The notes: generated by a model from the sequence alone, not told the origin. DNA of 63,436 nt, filler included, from Hyphochytrium catenoides (GCA_900088475.1; 9 parts of 9 records of this genome joined end to end with filler, not necessarily neighbours in it), one strand, 5' to 3'; positions 25,641-38,949 are shown, counted from the whole stretch's first letter. Translations and numbers: made by a program.

Positions 25641-27821
25641 GTGGAAAGAGAGAGACAGAGAGGGAGAAAGAAAGAGAGAAGGCTCGAGCGCCGCCGCCTC
25701 ATATTGCCATCAGCAGCAGACAGAAAACAACTTCTTCGTCTCCTGGACGGCCCAGCAGGCATAGAGAGCATCGTCATCATCATCAAAGAGATGATGTTAC
25801 CGCCACTTCCGCCTCCTCCCCTTCAGTCTTTCCATATACTTGCATCCTCCCCTGGGCCGATGCGCTCTTCTTCTCTTTCGCCTTCGTTTCTCTCTCTCTC
25901 TTCCTCTTCGTCTCCGCAACTCGGAATCCCTGGCCATCAACACCTTAGGAATACTTATCAGCTCGTACCAGGAAAGCAGGCCTTTGAAGGGCATCATGGT
26001 GGCCAGCAGGCGATTTCTTCTCTCTCTCCTTCAATAATGTCTATCTCTTCTACTTGTTGTTCTTCTCCTTGTTGTTCTTCTCCTCCCTCTTTCTACACAG
26101 CCTCTCGATCACCAGAGAGGAAGACGGATAGAAGAATAGAAGAGGCTTCACTATGGCAGCGTTCTCACCATGATAGAAACAGGTTCCATCCTTATGAGAT
26201 GAAAGAACGATGGGGAGTGAGGGAGGAGAGAGAGAGACGGAGAGAGAGGAGAGGAGAAGGATCGTACCAGCAGCTTTATCCCGCTGTTACCACTTCGTCT
26301 TCCTCTTTCAGTTCTTCTCTTTCTTCAAAAGCTGCCAGCAGCATCCCTATTCTGGAGAACAGGGAATCTACGGGTTTAGGAGAGAGAAGAGCTCGGAAAG
26401 GACAAGAAGATGAGAGCTTTCCATACTCTTCTCTACCGTTCTCTTCCTTTTCTCCCAATGAGGAGCACTGCTATCCTCATACCCCACCGGAGATGAAGAA
26501 GGACCCTCTTTCCTTCCGTCAGTCTTCTTCTGCGTCCTTCGGCAGAGAGAGGGAGGACTACGAGCCACACTGCCTCCCGCATAGCATCATGCACCGGTTG
26601 AAGAAAGAGAGAGAGAACAACCGCATGGGGTCTTTCTCATCCTTCTCTTCTTCTCGACCTGCCGGTGACCACTATTACGCATCGGGACAGCCTACCGCCA
26701 TCTACCGTTACCTGGCTGAGCAACAAGCCAGACGACGGAGTAAAAGCAGTGGAGAGAGAGAAGAGAGAGAGAGAAGAACTTTGGAAGAACGGTCACCAGT
26801 GATGGGCTGTTGTCAAGAGAGCAATCATGGTGAAGAGAAGAGTAGCCAGACGCCTTTCTCCTCTGTTACCTCCTCCCATAACTACTACCAGGCGGTCGAA
26901 AGAGAGAGAAGAACTCTTCATCATCTTTCTCTCTCGTCCTCTTTCTACCTTGAAGGGCGTGGAAGCTCTCTTTCTGTCAGAAAAGTGCCTTCTAGCCGTC
27001 TATCTTGCCGTTCTCTTCTCAATTCCTCTTGTCCCGCCAACTCCAGGCTACAAGGGACGTCATATACGGAAGAGAGAACGACTGGAAAAGACAGGATATC
27101 GTCTTCTGGCTCCCGTTCCTCTCTTTCTGATCTAAGCTCTTCCACTGCTGCACTCTCAGCAACTTCAAGTTCCTCATCATCTGTCTCTTCTTCTATATCC
27201 TCCGTTTCTTCTCTCTCTTTGTCGTCTTCTTCTTCCTCGTCCCCTCTAGTGATCAAGGGACCTTGGACACCTAGGGAGGATCAGATTCTGATGCAGCTCG
27301 TGAAGAAGTTTGGACCAAAGAAATGGAAGACGATTGCCGCTGCTCTTCCCAATAGAGTTGCTAAGCAATGCAGAGAGCGTTGGTGCCATCATCTCTCTCC
27401 TGGGATAAGAAAAGACCCCTGGACGCCGGAGGAAGACGCGATCATCATTAAGAGCCATGCAGAGTTAGGAAACAAATGGGCGGACATTGCGCGGTTATTA
27501 CCAGGTAGAACGGACAACGCGATCAAAAATAGATGGAACTGCACTCTGAGGCGGATGTTGGACGCTGATACTCTGGCTGAGGAGGAGAAGAACAGGAGAA
27601 AGATGAGAGGCCCTCAGAAGGATGACGTCGATAGAGCAGAAGAAGCCTCAAGCCCGGAGGACGACGAAGACGACAGGGCTAGAGAACCAGCAATGAACCA
27701 AGAAGAGGAGGGAAGAGCGAGTGTCCTGGACCGTGACAATGAGATAAGAAAGCAGGCGCCAAAGACATCCGGAGAAGAACTGATGGAGATGTGCAAAGGT
27801 CCTCTTCAGTGTCCACTGTGA
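25641..27821 (+). CDS. R2R3-type Myb transcription factor with long Ser-rich N-terminus (true start uncertain, possibly ATG near 25791)
   Basis: Two Myb repeats: KGPWTPREDQIL..KKWKTIA..RVAKQCRERW and KDPWTPEEDAII..GNKWADIARLLPGRTDNAIKNRWN (about 27250-27555). Confidence 0.93.
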   Translation: MERERQRGRKKERRLERRRLILPSAADRKQLLRLLDGPAGIESIVIIIKEMMLPPLPPPPLQSFHILASSPGPMRSSSLSPSFLSLSSSSSPQLGIPGHQHLRNTYQLVPGKQAFEGHHGGQQAISSLSPSIMSISSTCCSSPCCSSPPSFYTASRSPERKTDRRIEEASLWQRSHHDRNRFHPYEMKERWGVREERERRRERRGEGSYQQLYPAVTTSSSSFSSSLSSKAASSIPILENRESTGLGERRARKGQEDESFPYSSLPFSSFSPNEEHCYPHTPPEMKKDPLSFRQSSSASFGREREDYEPHCLPHSIMHRLKKERENNRMGSFSSFSSSRPAGDHYYASGQPTAIYRYLAEQQARRRSKSSGEREERERRTLEERSPVMGCCQESNHGEEKSSQTPFSSVTSSHNYYQAVERERRTLHHLSLSSSFYLEGRGSSLSVRKVPSSRLSCRSLLNSSCPANSRLQGTSYTEERTTGKDRISSSGSRSSLSDLSSSTAALSATSSSSSSVSSSISSVSSLSLSSSSSSSPLVIKGPWTPREDQILMQLVKKFGPKKWKTIAAALPNRVAKQCRERWCHHLSPGIRKDPWTPEEDAIIIKSHAELGNKWADIARLLPGRTDNAIKNRWNCTLRRMLDADTLAEEEKNRRKMRGPQKDDVDRAEEASSPEDDEDDRAREPAMNQEEEGRASVLDRDNEIRKQAPKTSGEELMEMCKGPLQCPL

Positions 27822-28044
27822 GACATCTAATCAGAGAGAGTGAGAGAGAGAGGCGCAAGAGAGAAGAGGTAAGGCCTACTACTGGCCCCTTCCCTTCAGA
27901 GGAAGGCTATATATCTTATATAACAAGAGACGCGATCTAGACGACTGCTCAGAAGTATCCTGAGAATCAATAGATGACCTTTTTGTTGGGATGATGTGGG
28001 CGCCCGTCTGTCCCTGAGGCTAACTCCTACAGAACCAATGACAC

Positions 28045-28086
<42 letters not shown>

Positions 28087-28089
28087 NNN

Positions 28090-29485
28090 CCCAGAGTTTC
28101 TGCACATTCTCTCTCTCAGTTGTCAGGCTCCCAATGGAGATGCGACACATCCATCTTCCATCAAGAACGGCCGGCGTAAGATAAGCTGCTCCTGATCGGT
28201 TCACTCTGTCAACCCAGCGCTGCGTATGGGCGTCTAATAACGCTTCGTCCTCCAGTCCTCGAGGCTCGTGACGGACACAAAGAGTCTGCAGGGCCAGAGG
28301 AGCCACCAGTCTCCACCCTTCCGTGCTCTCTACTCTCTCTTTCAGCCACCGCGCGTTCTCTACGTCTCGCCTGAGTCTTCTCTGCAGACCTGAGACGCCT
28401 TGTTCCCTTATCACGCACCAAAGTTTGAGCGCTCTAAAGCGCCGGCCCAGCGGAATGCCCCAGTCTCTATAATTCTTTACTTGCCCGTCAAGTGCGCTCT
28501 TAAGATAGCTTGGATTGGTCGACATTAGTCGGATGAGCTCAATGGGCGTGCGCACATAGTATAAGGAGCAATCGAAAGAGACGCCCAGCCATTTGTGCGC
28601 ATTGACGACGATGGAGTCGGCTCCTTCGATGCCGCGCCACATCCACCGACACTCGGGAAGAATCATCGCAGATCCAGCCATCGCGGCGTCCACATGGACC
28701 CAGAGCCCAGGAAAAGCTCTAGACGCGACTATGAGCTCCTCTAAAGGCTCAATAGCTGTAGAGGCTGTGGTTCCAATGGTCACCACGATGGCACAAGGAA
28801 CCTTCCCTGCTTCTATGTCTGTTTGAATAGCGACACTGAGCGCCTCAGGATCGAAGGTAAGACCCTTGTCCTTGTTTGCAGGGATAACGCGGATGTTGGA
28901 GCGGCCGAAGCCTGCTAATATGGCCGCTTTGTCTATAGAGCTATGGCTCTGCGAGGAGATGTAAACGATAAGAGGCTTCTCTTGGCCTTGCAGTCCTCCC
29001 CTGTCGAAAGAATAGTTAGAAGCTCTCTCTCGGGCGGAGAGAAGAGCGAGGAGACTGGCAGTTGACGCTGTGTCCTGGATCACTCCGCTCCAAGCCTCTG
29101 AAAGCCCCAACATTTGCCTCATCCAGTCCGTCGTGACCTCCTCTAGCTCGGTCAGCGCAGGACTGGACTGCCAAGAAAGACCGAGCACTCCGAGTCCCGT
29201 ACTTAAGAGGTCTCCTAAGACCGCTGCCAGCTCTCCATTTGAAGGAAAATAGGCGAAGAAGTCAGGGTGCTGCCAGTGTGAGAGACCTGGCAGGATCTTT
29301 GTCTTGACATCTGAGAGAATGGAATCGAATGGTTCCGGAGACTCCGGCGGAGAAGGAGAGATTGAGGCGCGGATCTCTCCCGGTTGAACCTGAGACATGA
29401 CAGGGAGAGAGGCATTGGTGGCCCTGTAGTCGGCGATAAAGTCAATGACTTGGTGCCCAAGAGCCCGAAACTCTTCTGGTGTCAT
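28090..29485 (-). CDS. ddc: PLP-dependent aromatic-L-amino-acid (DOPA/Tyr/Trp) decarboxylase, bacterial type; 3' end obscured by a 3-nt gap and GA tract
   Basis: Group II decarboxylase motifs HWQHPDFFAYFP, SPALTELE, HSSIDKA, HVDAA, PLP-lysine NAHKW and DWGIPLGRRFRALKLW. Intronless, about 465 aa. Confidence 0.93.
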
Positions 29486-30183
29486 CTCTCTCTCTCTATT
29501 TCTCTTCTCTTCTGGCCCTATNNNNNNNNNNNNNNNNNNNNNNNNNNNNNNNNNNNNNNNNNNNNNNNNNNNNNNNNNNNNNCTCTCTCTCTCTCTCTCT
29601 TCTTATTTAACCTCTTGCTTCAGAGCCGCGGTGGCTCTCTCTCTTTCTCTCTCTCTCTCTCTGTGTGTATGTCTCTCCTCCTCTCTCTCTCTCTCTGTCT
29701 CGATCTCTTTCCATCTTCCTCTCCCTCTCCCTCTGCCTTCGCTTGACTCGTAGCCCTTGGCTTTGAATCCCTTCCCGCCTGCCTCTGATGCGCTTGAGGT
29801 TACCTTTCGAGGTCAGAAAGGAAGTTGAAGTTCCATGATCTCCATCCCCAACCCTCAGTCATCAATGCAATAGGTTTTAGATCAATTATCTGATTACCGA
29901 AGGAGTTTGCCACGATTGGTTATCGATAAGGCTATCAAGTAGACATATTTCTCGCCTTACTAATCATGAATAATAGACGCTTAAATTAGGCTATAACCCA
30001 TCAAGAAGATATACAGATTAGGAATCATAGTGAACGAAGCGGCGTGAGAAAAAAGTTTCGATCGCCCATCATCACGTGACCGATACCAAGGACGGGCCGT
30101 GCACAGAGAGAGAGAGAGAGAGAGGAGAGCAGCATGTGAGAAAGAGCGCGCTGGACCGGGGGGAGAGAGAGAGAGACGGGATG

Positions 30184-30243
<60 letters not shown>

Positions 30244-31989
30244 CACAGAGAGAGAGAGAGAGAGAGAGAGACAGAAACAGAAGGGAAGAAATGGCGAGAG
30301 AAAGAGAAGGAAGAGAGGAAGAAGAAGAGGGAAGTAGCGACGGCGCCATGAGGATGCAGATAGGAGAGCGCGGGAGAGAAGGAGAGAAAGACAGAGACGC
30401 GGGCACCTAGAAAGCGTTGATGGAGGAAGCTCCTTATCATGAACAAGCGATGGAAAAAAGTTGATTCATCATCAACCTTCCGCCTCCAGGACTGAGGGAA
30501 GCCGGTAGCAGACGCTGATCACAGATAGACGAGTATTGGCTGTTACTCTAGTGTGACAGCAGACGCTCGCGTAGCAGCGGGTGAAAGGCCTGGATGGAGG
30601 TCAAGTTATTCCTGGCGATAGCTACTCCTCGTCAGGCTGGTAGGACGGGATAGCTGTGACAGGAGCGGAAGAAGAGGCAATCTTTGTCTTCCTCTTCCTC
30701 GCCCTGGATGGAGCCGTACAGAGGACGGCAGGCTACGGCCAACAGAAGGGCCAGGTGAGGCGAACAAGAGGGCATCTCAGATAGCTAATGGTTCCTTTCT
30801 GGCTCTCAATACTGTCTCTCTAATCTAGTTAATCTTTCTTCCCTCCGTATGATCCTTCCCGTTCTCTCCCTCTTATTTCTCTCTCCCTGTCTCCTTCTAA
30901 TCGTTGCTCTGNNNNNNNNNNNNNNNCCCAGAGCCCTTGATCCTGGCTCCCCTGCCCAATTGACAGCGCATCTATCCACTTCTTCTCCTCTTCGTCAAGT
31001 GGAGACGCCACCCGGCCCAAAGTCGCCAATTGTTAGGGCACAGACGAGACAGAGACAGCGCGATACTCAGGCCAGAATTCAAAAAGCATGGGCATTTGGG
31101 CAGAAGGAGAAGCACGAGATAGCTGATGGCAAGGAGAAGAATAACTCGGAAGGGGGAGAGGCTCCCGCTACAGAAGAGACAACATCTCCTGATCTGGTGC
31201 CAAGAGCAAGCGAATTGAAGTGAGTGATGCTTTTGTAGGATTGTTGGCTTGAAGTGCATCGGTGACTCTGTGTGTCCTCATTCCTTTGTACTTGGCGCTC
31301 AGACCATTTGGCACGCTTTCTCTGCTATCTCTCTCTTCTCTCTCTGTCTTCCATATATTGGCTCCATTAACTTCACTTAATGTCATGCCTTCCGTCTCTC
31401 CTCTTCCTCCGTCTATCAACGCTTGCTGTCCTATCAAGCTCTCTGCTCTCATTATCTACTTTCCCATCAGAGTTTGCCTTCATTCTCTTTCTTAGCAACG
31501 CGTCTGACTTCGCTTCGCCTTGCCACTTCCTTAGTGCCTCTGAGCCTACCAAGTTTCCTAAGATTAGAGCTGCTACTCCGCAGCCTGCTGAGGTTGACCA
31601 GCAGAACGAGCGGGAGAGAGCGGAGGTTAGGGGAGAAGACCTCGATGAGGGTGGCAAACATAAGGAGAAGACTCAAGGTAATAGAGATATAGCTGCTGTA
31701 TCATCCATGTCGTAGGCCAAAGCGCTCGCGTCATGCTTCATCGGCTTTCTCTCTTCCCATCCCGTCTTGGTGTCCGCGACAACTGACTGCCGATGGCCAT
31801 CCTGGCTCGGTGGCATGAGCAGAAAGGAAGAGAGTGAGCCTTACAGAAAAAGATATTTAGCCGCAAAGAGGAAGGCGACAGAACATTTTGAGACTCTCTC
31901 TTCTTAATAACGTCTGGACGCCAGCTCTCACTCTCTTATCCATTGCGCCGCTCTTCTTCTCTACCTAATTTCTTTGTCTCTCTATCTAG

Positions 31990-34900
31990 TCTATGGGACT
32001 CCTCAATCCGCCGTCTGCAAAGAAACACGCATCTCAACTCTCCTGACTCTCTGCTTTTGCTCAGAATACCTGCTCCTGCAGATTGAAGAATGGAAAAAGA
32101 GCTTCTCATCGCCGTCTCTTCCATTTTCCTCTCTCGCTGTATTTGCGGAGTACAAGCTCCGGGAAGTCTTCCTCCTGACGGAAGGGATGGGGCTGCCCAA
32201 TGAGTATCGGACGGCTGTCAGCTGCGATTTGTTACTGAAATTGACGAAGGAGGTTGGGCGGTAAGGTATCATCTCAACGGATCCTCTCTAATCCTTTGTC
32301 TTCCGCGAGCTTCCTCGAGATATATCCTCTGACCTCCCAATAGTCCTGCCATAGAAGCCGCGATGTCACCACTGTCTTGCTTTTTGATTACCTCGCTCTC
32401 TTGGCCTTTGAGCCCCTATCTGTCTTTCTCTCTCTCTTTCTCTCATTCTGCTTGGACTCTCTCTCCGGCCTTCTCTTCTACCTTCCTCCTGTATGGCACA
32501 CATGCCTGAAATGATCAAAGTGGAAAGACTTATTGCGTTCTTTAAGGTATGACACTCTGCTGGCGCTGGTGGCTCGGGAGGTGCTACGGGCCATCTACTC
32601 CGACTTTGAAGCCATCGACCATGGGCCAGACACCTCCGCAGAGAAGCTGCTGCACTTAGGAGCACCCTTTTTTGCAGTCAGTGCCTCCAAATATGCTCTC
32701 TGATGCCTCTTCCACTTGCTGTCTTCCCTGCCGGTCGTCACTCTCTGTCAACTCAATTTCCTACATCTCCACAGTCTCTAGTCCAAGCTCTCTCGCTGTC
32801 TCTGTCCGACGCAGCCCAACATGTTCTTCTAAGCGTAAGTTCTGATCTCATTCATACAGCAAGAGACGCAGTTCCGGGATCGGTACGAAGAGGTTGTCCG
32901 TCAGCTGGAGGTCTATCACAAGCAGATAGGGACCATGGACGATGAGCTACTGAGGAGGCGAAAGATGCTAAAGTACGCTGTCAGACAATGGCAGTCCATC
33001 CTCAAATGCCACACATTCTACTCCTGGAAAGTCTTTCTGGAGCTCAGAGAGGCTAAAATCAGGAGGTAAGACCGCAGAAGCAGACAGTCTTAGGAAATAA
33101 ATTGGACACCAGCAGAGGCAGTGCTCTCTTCTTAGCTGTTGTCCTCTTCCACAACGGCTCGGATAACTCTCACTATCTTTCTGAACGCTTTGGTGGGGCT
33201 GCGCTGTACGCTCTCCCTGGTTTTGTCTTTCCTCCGTGTCCGTGCTGTCTCTTGCCTTCCCTTGGACTTTGCCAAGGATGATGAGCAAATGAAGCTTCTC
33301 TTTCCAGTGATTCTTCCACCCTTCATACTATTTCTCTTCGGTGCTTCCAGTGCCTAACCTTCTCTCTTCGTGGCCCATGCTACAGATTTCACCGCCGGAG
33401 ACTTCAAATCTGGTTCATAGGCTGGCGGCACCGCCACCTCCTGAAAGTGTGCTATGGCCTCCGGTATATGCCTCTCTCTCCCTCTCATCTCTCCTTCCTC
33501 CAACTCCGCCTACTCGCCATTTGCATCGTACCTTGCCCCCATGATCTTCAATTGTCCTGCTCCGGCAATGCTTTCGTGGAGCTACAGCCTGATCTTTCTC
33601 TTCACAGGCCATCCCAATGAGCTTACAATCCTCTGCCTGTTCCTCGTCCTTGCTCTCTTTCTCTCTCATCTTCTTTCCTTCCAACCTCTGCCACTTCGAT
33701 GTTTGGATGGGCCTCAGCGTGTCGAAGAAGATGTTGGAAGATCTCACCGAGCGGCGTACGAAACAAGTGGAGGCTCTTAAGCTGGAGCTGGAAGTGATGG
33801 TACAAAGACAAAGTCACAGCACGGGCCAAGAGCAGCAGGCCGACGTCCAGAGAGACAAAGAAAGAGAGAGAGAGAGAGGACAACATCATGAGACGCAGAG
33901 GAGCAGGGAGCATGACAGCCTTAGCAATGGAGAGGGTGGACCTCTACATCTTCATTTCCCTCCTGGTAGTCAACCGTCTACCTACGGATCAGGAGGCCAG
34001 AGCCCCACAGAGAGAGGAAAGAATCCTGCAGCGCAACAGATCAAAGAACTAAAGTGCGTACGGCTCCAGCTTCCCTTCTCTCTCTCTCTCTCGCTCTCTC
34101 TCTCTCTCGCTCTCTCTCGCTCTCGCTCTCGCTCTCGCTCTCTCTCTCTTTCTCTCCCCATTCTCCTTGTCTCCGTCTTTTTCTCTCTTGCGAGTTTCTC
34201 TCTCTTGTGCTCCCTATCCCTACTGTATCTCCCACTCTCTTCTTTCTACTTACTACTTCTCTTTTTCGAACTCCGTCTCTACCCCTTCTTTTCCCATCAG
34301 CTTTCTCTGCCACACATGGTTAGTCTGTACTCTTCCTCCCTATTGCTGAGTTCTCGTCTCTGACCTCTGTACATCGTCTCAGGGGCCGTGTGGTAGCTTT
34401 AGAGTCTGCTCTGGCTGAGGCTAAGGCGATGCGAGAGACAGTGATAGTTTTATGCAAGCACGCGGCGGAAGCATGCACTGCCTTCCAGGAGACTGGTGAC
34501 TACAGGTAACAAAAACACTCTTGCTCTTTGGAACGGTTTCTCTCTCTCTCTTTCCTCGTGCTCCTCTCTCTCTCCTCGTGCTCCTCTCTCTCTCCTTTCT
34601 CTCTCTTTGTGTGTCTCTCTCTCTTTGTCTCTGTCGCTCCCCTACCTCTCTCTCTGTTTCTTTTCCCCCGGTTCAAGCACACTCCAACTCTCTTTGTCTA
34701 CTTTTGTCCTTTCTTGTTAATCAAGTCACTCTCCTCCATCTCCGGCTCTATTTCTTCTTAAGTTTCACTTTCTGTCTCTCTCTCTCTGCGCTCCCTGGGG
34801 CTCTGCTCTTTTCACCATTTTGTCAGGAAACTAGTGCGAGAGGTTGCGCTTCTAGAACGGAAAGTAACTGGATCCACAACTGTCGATCCTTCCAAGCAGC

Positions 34901-35573
34901 CGCCGGCCCAGTTTCGGCACAAAGTCATAGAAGAGACAGCCTCTGCCTCTCCTTCTCTCTCTCTCTCTGATACGCGGAGCCAAACACGGAGTGTGCCTCC
35001 TAGAGATAAGGGAGGAGAGAGAGGGGGAGGAGAAAGAGAGAAAGCAGGAGCTGGGGAGGATGAAATGGATGACGGAAGAAGTGCACAGACATCTTCCACT
35101 AGCAAACTAGAGCTTGAGAGCTCCTTCCACTTTCAGCCAAACATCCCAGAGGAGCCACGCAGCTTGGGAGAGAAGAAGAGAGATGACGACGGAAGAGAAA
35201 GAAGAGACTCAGCCAAGCGGACTCCTGATCCCGCTCTCAGCTCCGCTGGATCTCCTCTTTCTAACTCAGACGCGGCTCCTCCGGCTGCTCAACCTCTGGT
35301 AAGCAAAATGTTGACACCTTTTGGGGAGAGAGGTGGAGAAAAAGACCTTTGGGGAGAGAGAGAGGCAAAAAGACCTTTGGATAGAGAGAGGGACAAAAAG
35401 ACCTTTGGATAGAGAGAGGGACAAAAAGATATTGAGGTAGAAAAGAGACAACATGTGGAGAGTGGAGGTAAAAATCGCACTAGCTTCTTCCCTGTCTCAC
35501 TGTTCTTACAAAGACTTCGTAGAATCATGGGGTTGACTATTCTTTGACTCTTACTGCTCTCTGTTCTGTCTCT

Positions 35574-35609
<36 letters not shown>

Positions 35610-37172
35610 CTCTCCTTTTCTTTCCGTCTTCTCTCCTCTCCTATGTTACATCGTAATCTTTGTTGGGTCATGTCAAGGATGTGCCCGCGCCACCAGCTCG
35701 GCGCCCGTTCGTCTATCATCTAAGTATTGGCATACAAACGAACTGCGGGGAAGGAGACCTTCGACAGGCCAGGAAGGAGCAAAAGCGGAAAGAGAAAGAG
35801 AGAGAAGAGGAGAGACAGAAGATCCTAAACGATGGAGCCTCCTCGTCGTCCTTTTCCGCGCCCTCAGCACCGCAGACTTCACTGAGCGAGGCAATAAAAG
35901 AGGGACAGGAAGAGACAGACAGATCGCTGGAAGATAGCCAAGAGAAGGAGGACGAGAACGATGCGACAGAGGAAGAGACGGACGAGGAACGGGATGAGAG
36001 AAGCAAGATGCTGTTAGAGTCTCTCGCAGACTATGTGCCGCGTATACACCAAGAGGTCAAGTGGCTCCCAGACGACAAAGTAAGAGACACAACTCTATTT
36101 CTCCCCTTATGAACGCTATTCTCTTTCTCTCTTCTCTCCGCGGCTGCTGCAAGGAAAGAAGACGGGCCGCCTCTCATATCTGGCTCACATATCTTCCTAT
36201 TCGTATCAGCTTTGCTTCAGAGGGAACACCTCTCACTCCCTATGGCTGTCTTTCTTCATTGGTCTCTCTCTTTGACGTTTGCCTGCAATCCTGACCCTCT
36301 CCTTATTCGCTTTTCCTCTTGCGCATCGACTCCCTCTCTCTCTCTCTCTTTTCTATGTCTTCTCTCACTCGGTTCAGGTGGAGCTCGTGCTGGAGTATGA
36401 CAGCAAGCTTCTCTCTCTCTTTGGCTCTCTTCCTGTCATCGTAAAGTGGACCAACATTGCAGACACTGCGGACTGTGGCGCCACGATGGTGACAATTGCG
36501 AAGAACCTGCAGGAGCAGCTTCTTGACCTCTCTAGGAAAGCCATGAAGGGACAACTTAGGGTATCTGCAGCAGGTGAGACAGAGAAGAGAGGAGGAAACA
36601 AGGGAGGAGGAAACGAGAGACGTTGCCAGGGAAAGGATCTTAACCTTCTTTCTCTTGTCTCTCCGCACTCTCTTGTTCCAATCGGCAATTTTTTCCTCTC
36701 TCTTTTCTCCCTGCGTTCTTCTCTCACATCTGTTTCTTCTCCCTCTTTTCGCTGTCCTTCCCCCTCTTCTCAAGGCATCCCCTTTGGATCCTCGGCCTTG
36801 ACAACTTTCTACGCGACCAACCTAAAGCCTGAGGCCCAGTATTCCTTCAAGCTCCTTTCTGATAACACAAGCGGCAGAGCCATCCTCTCAAGAGATTCCA
36901 AGCCTGTCACCATTATCATCCCACCGCGCCCGGTCTCTTCCTCCCTCGCTGCCCCGCCCATGGAAACGCCATCTCTCTCGAAATCTGCCGTTCCTAAGGA
37001 GGAGATAGGGAAGAAGAAGGACGAAAGGAGCATCGGTGTTCAAACGATAGACGAAGAGGAAAGCGACAGCGATGAAGAAGAAGAGGATCTTGAGAGAGCG
37101 GGAGAAGGAATGTCCAGAGATCAAAAGTTACCAGCTGGTAACTCGGAAACTCTTTTCACCTGTCTCTCTCTT

Positions 37173-37220
<48 letters not shown>

Positions 37221-37810
37221 CCGCTGGTTTCAATGATCCGTCGCATATCTTCTTCTCTAGCATCCCACGATATCTCTCAATTTTGCGCTTACCTTTGTTC
37301 TTACTCTCCGTCTTCTTCTATTTGAACCGCTGCCCTCAGGTTTTGATCCTAAATTCCTGAGTAACCTCGTGACAGTCCAGCCCAATGAAGAAGGCAAGTT
37401 CAGCATCTGCTCTGCCTCAAGAATTTTCTCCCAACCCATTCTTCTCATTCTCCTGTTTTCTTCCTATGTGTGGTCTGTGTGTCTCTTTCTTTTCTGCTCT
37501 GCTCTTGCTTTGCTGCTCTCTCTCTTTCCCTCTCTCTCGCTGGACGCGTTCTCCTTTCTCTTTTCATTCAATTGTCATTTGCTTTGAACTTTTAAAAGGT
37601 CTAAGCTTATTAGAAACCCTGGTCGCCTGTCTTACCTGTCTTTCCTCTCTCTCGTCTTCCTCACAATCTCCTCTTTCACTCTCTGAGCAGGCCGCAGCCC
37701 TAACAAGGAAGGGACAGGAGACAGAAGATCGTCAGAGATAAACCAGGGAAGTGGGAATGAAGGAGGAAGCCCGGGAGGAGCTCCTCCAAAGCTTAGGAGA
37801 AAAAACACTG
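31990..37810 (+). CDS. Putative multi-exon protein with Trp-spaced helical repeats, coiled coils and an FN3-like exon; boundaries approximate
   Basis: Coding-like exons bounded by AG/GT with CT-rich introns: about 31990-32260, 32860-33065 (YAVRQWQSILKCHTFYSWKVFL), about 33690-34050, 34383-34505, 34827-35298, about 35680-36078, 36378-36573, and about 36775-37137 (FYATNLKPEAQYSFKL). Confidence 0.5.
35340..35432. repeat. 28-bp tandem repeat, probably intronic
   Basis: AAAAAGACCTTTGGATAGAGAGAGGGAC x about 3, downstream of the GTAAGC donor at 35299. Confidence 0.75.
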
Positions 37811-38099
37811 GTAAGATCTTCTTGGGCTGGCTTCCTTTTCTCGTTCTCTTCGCGCTTTCTCCTTGCCATTCACCTCTCCTTTCTTCTATTTCTCTCTCTT
37901 GTCTCTCTCCTATGTCTCTCTCTCGCCTTTCTCCCTATCTCCTCCTCCCTTTTAATTATCATCGATTTGTTATCATGTTAGGGAAGTCTCGATCAGAATC
38001 TCTTCATGTTCTTCATTCCTCTCCCTCTTGTTGACGTCTTCCTCCACTGAGGCAAAATGAAAGGACCAGTCCTTGAAAATTTGTCTACTTCTTTCTCTT

Positions 38100-38151
<52 letters not shown>

Positions 38152-38797
38152 GTCTCTCTCTCTCTCCGTGTGTGTGTGTGTGTATGTGTGTGTCGCGGCT
38201 TCGATTCTTATACGCCGTTCTCACCTATTACATTCTGCCGTGCTTCCCCATGTTTAACTTCTTAGTCATTGTTAAGATACTGAGCGCCGCCGAANNNNNN
38301 NNNNNNNNNNNNNNNNNNNNNNNNNNNNNNNNNNNNNNTTAATTAATTAANNNNNNNNNNNNNNNNNNNNNNNNNNNNNNNNNNNNNNNNNNNNAGAGAG
38401 AGAGAGAGAGAGAGAAAGAGACGACGGAGAGAGAGATATGACACACAGAAAGAGAGACACACAAGAGAGAGAGAGACACAAGAGAGAGAGAGACATAATA
38501 GAGAGAGAGAGAAGGAGAAAGAGAATGAAGAGAGAGGGTAATCCACGGACACAATGTAGAGACTGTTTAAAAAGGGAAAGCCCACGCACCATTAATGCAT
38601 CTCAGGCGCGTGGCGTCAGAATTCTCGTCATCTTCTTCTTCTTCCGCTGAAGGAAGCTCCTTCACAGCTCTTACGTGTTCCAAATTTGTCAGCCAGACAC
38701 GATGGACGTTCAGAACAAAGACCTAACCGTGGGAAAGAGAGATGAGAATGGGCAAGAGAGCGAAAGAGATAGAGGACACCACGCGCGGGCACGAGGG

Positions 38798-38830
<33 letters not shown>

Positions 38831-38862
38831 NNNNNNNNNNNNNNNNNNNNNNNNNNNNNNNN

Positions 38863-38936
38863 AAGCAGAAAGAAAGCAGAAAGAAAGCAGAAAGAAAGCA
38901 GAAAGAAAGCAGAAAGAAAGCAGAAAGAAAGCAGAG
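38863..38936. repeat. 11-bp tandem repeat (AAGCAGAAAGA)n
   Basis: About six copies adjoining a gap. Confidence 0.85.
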
Positions 38937-38949
38937 AGACCAAAAGGAA

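Noticed and set aside
27896-28089. C-terminal extension of the decarboxylase ORF
   Set aside because: Read-through across an NNN gap and a GA tract; family similarity ends at about 28090.
7760-29485. Functional cluster of protease, secreted protein, TRPV-like gene and decarboxylase
   Set aside because: Linkers at 12603 and 22272 separate these genes, so physical linkage is not established.
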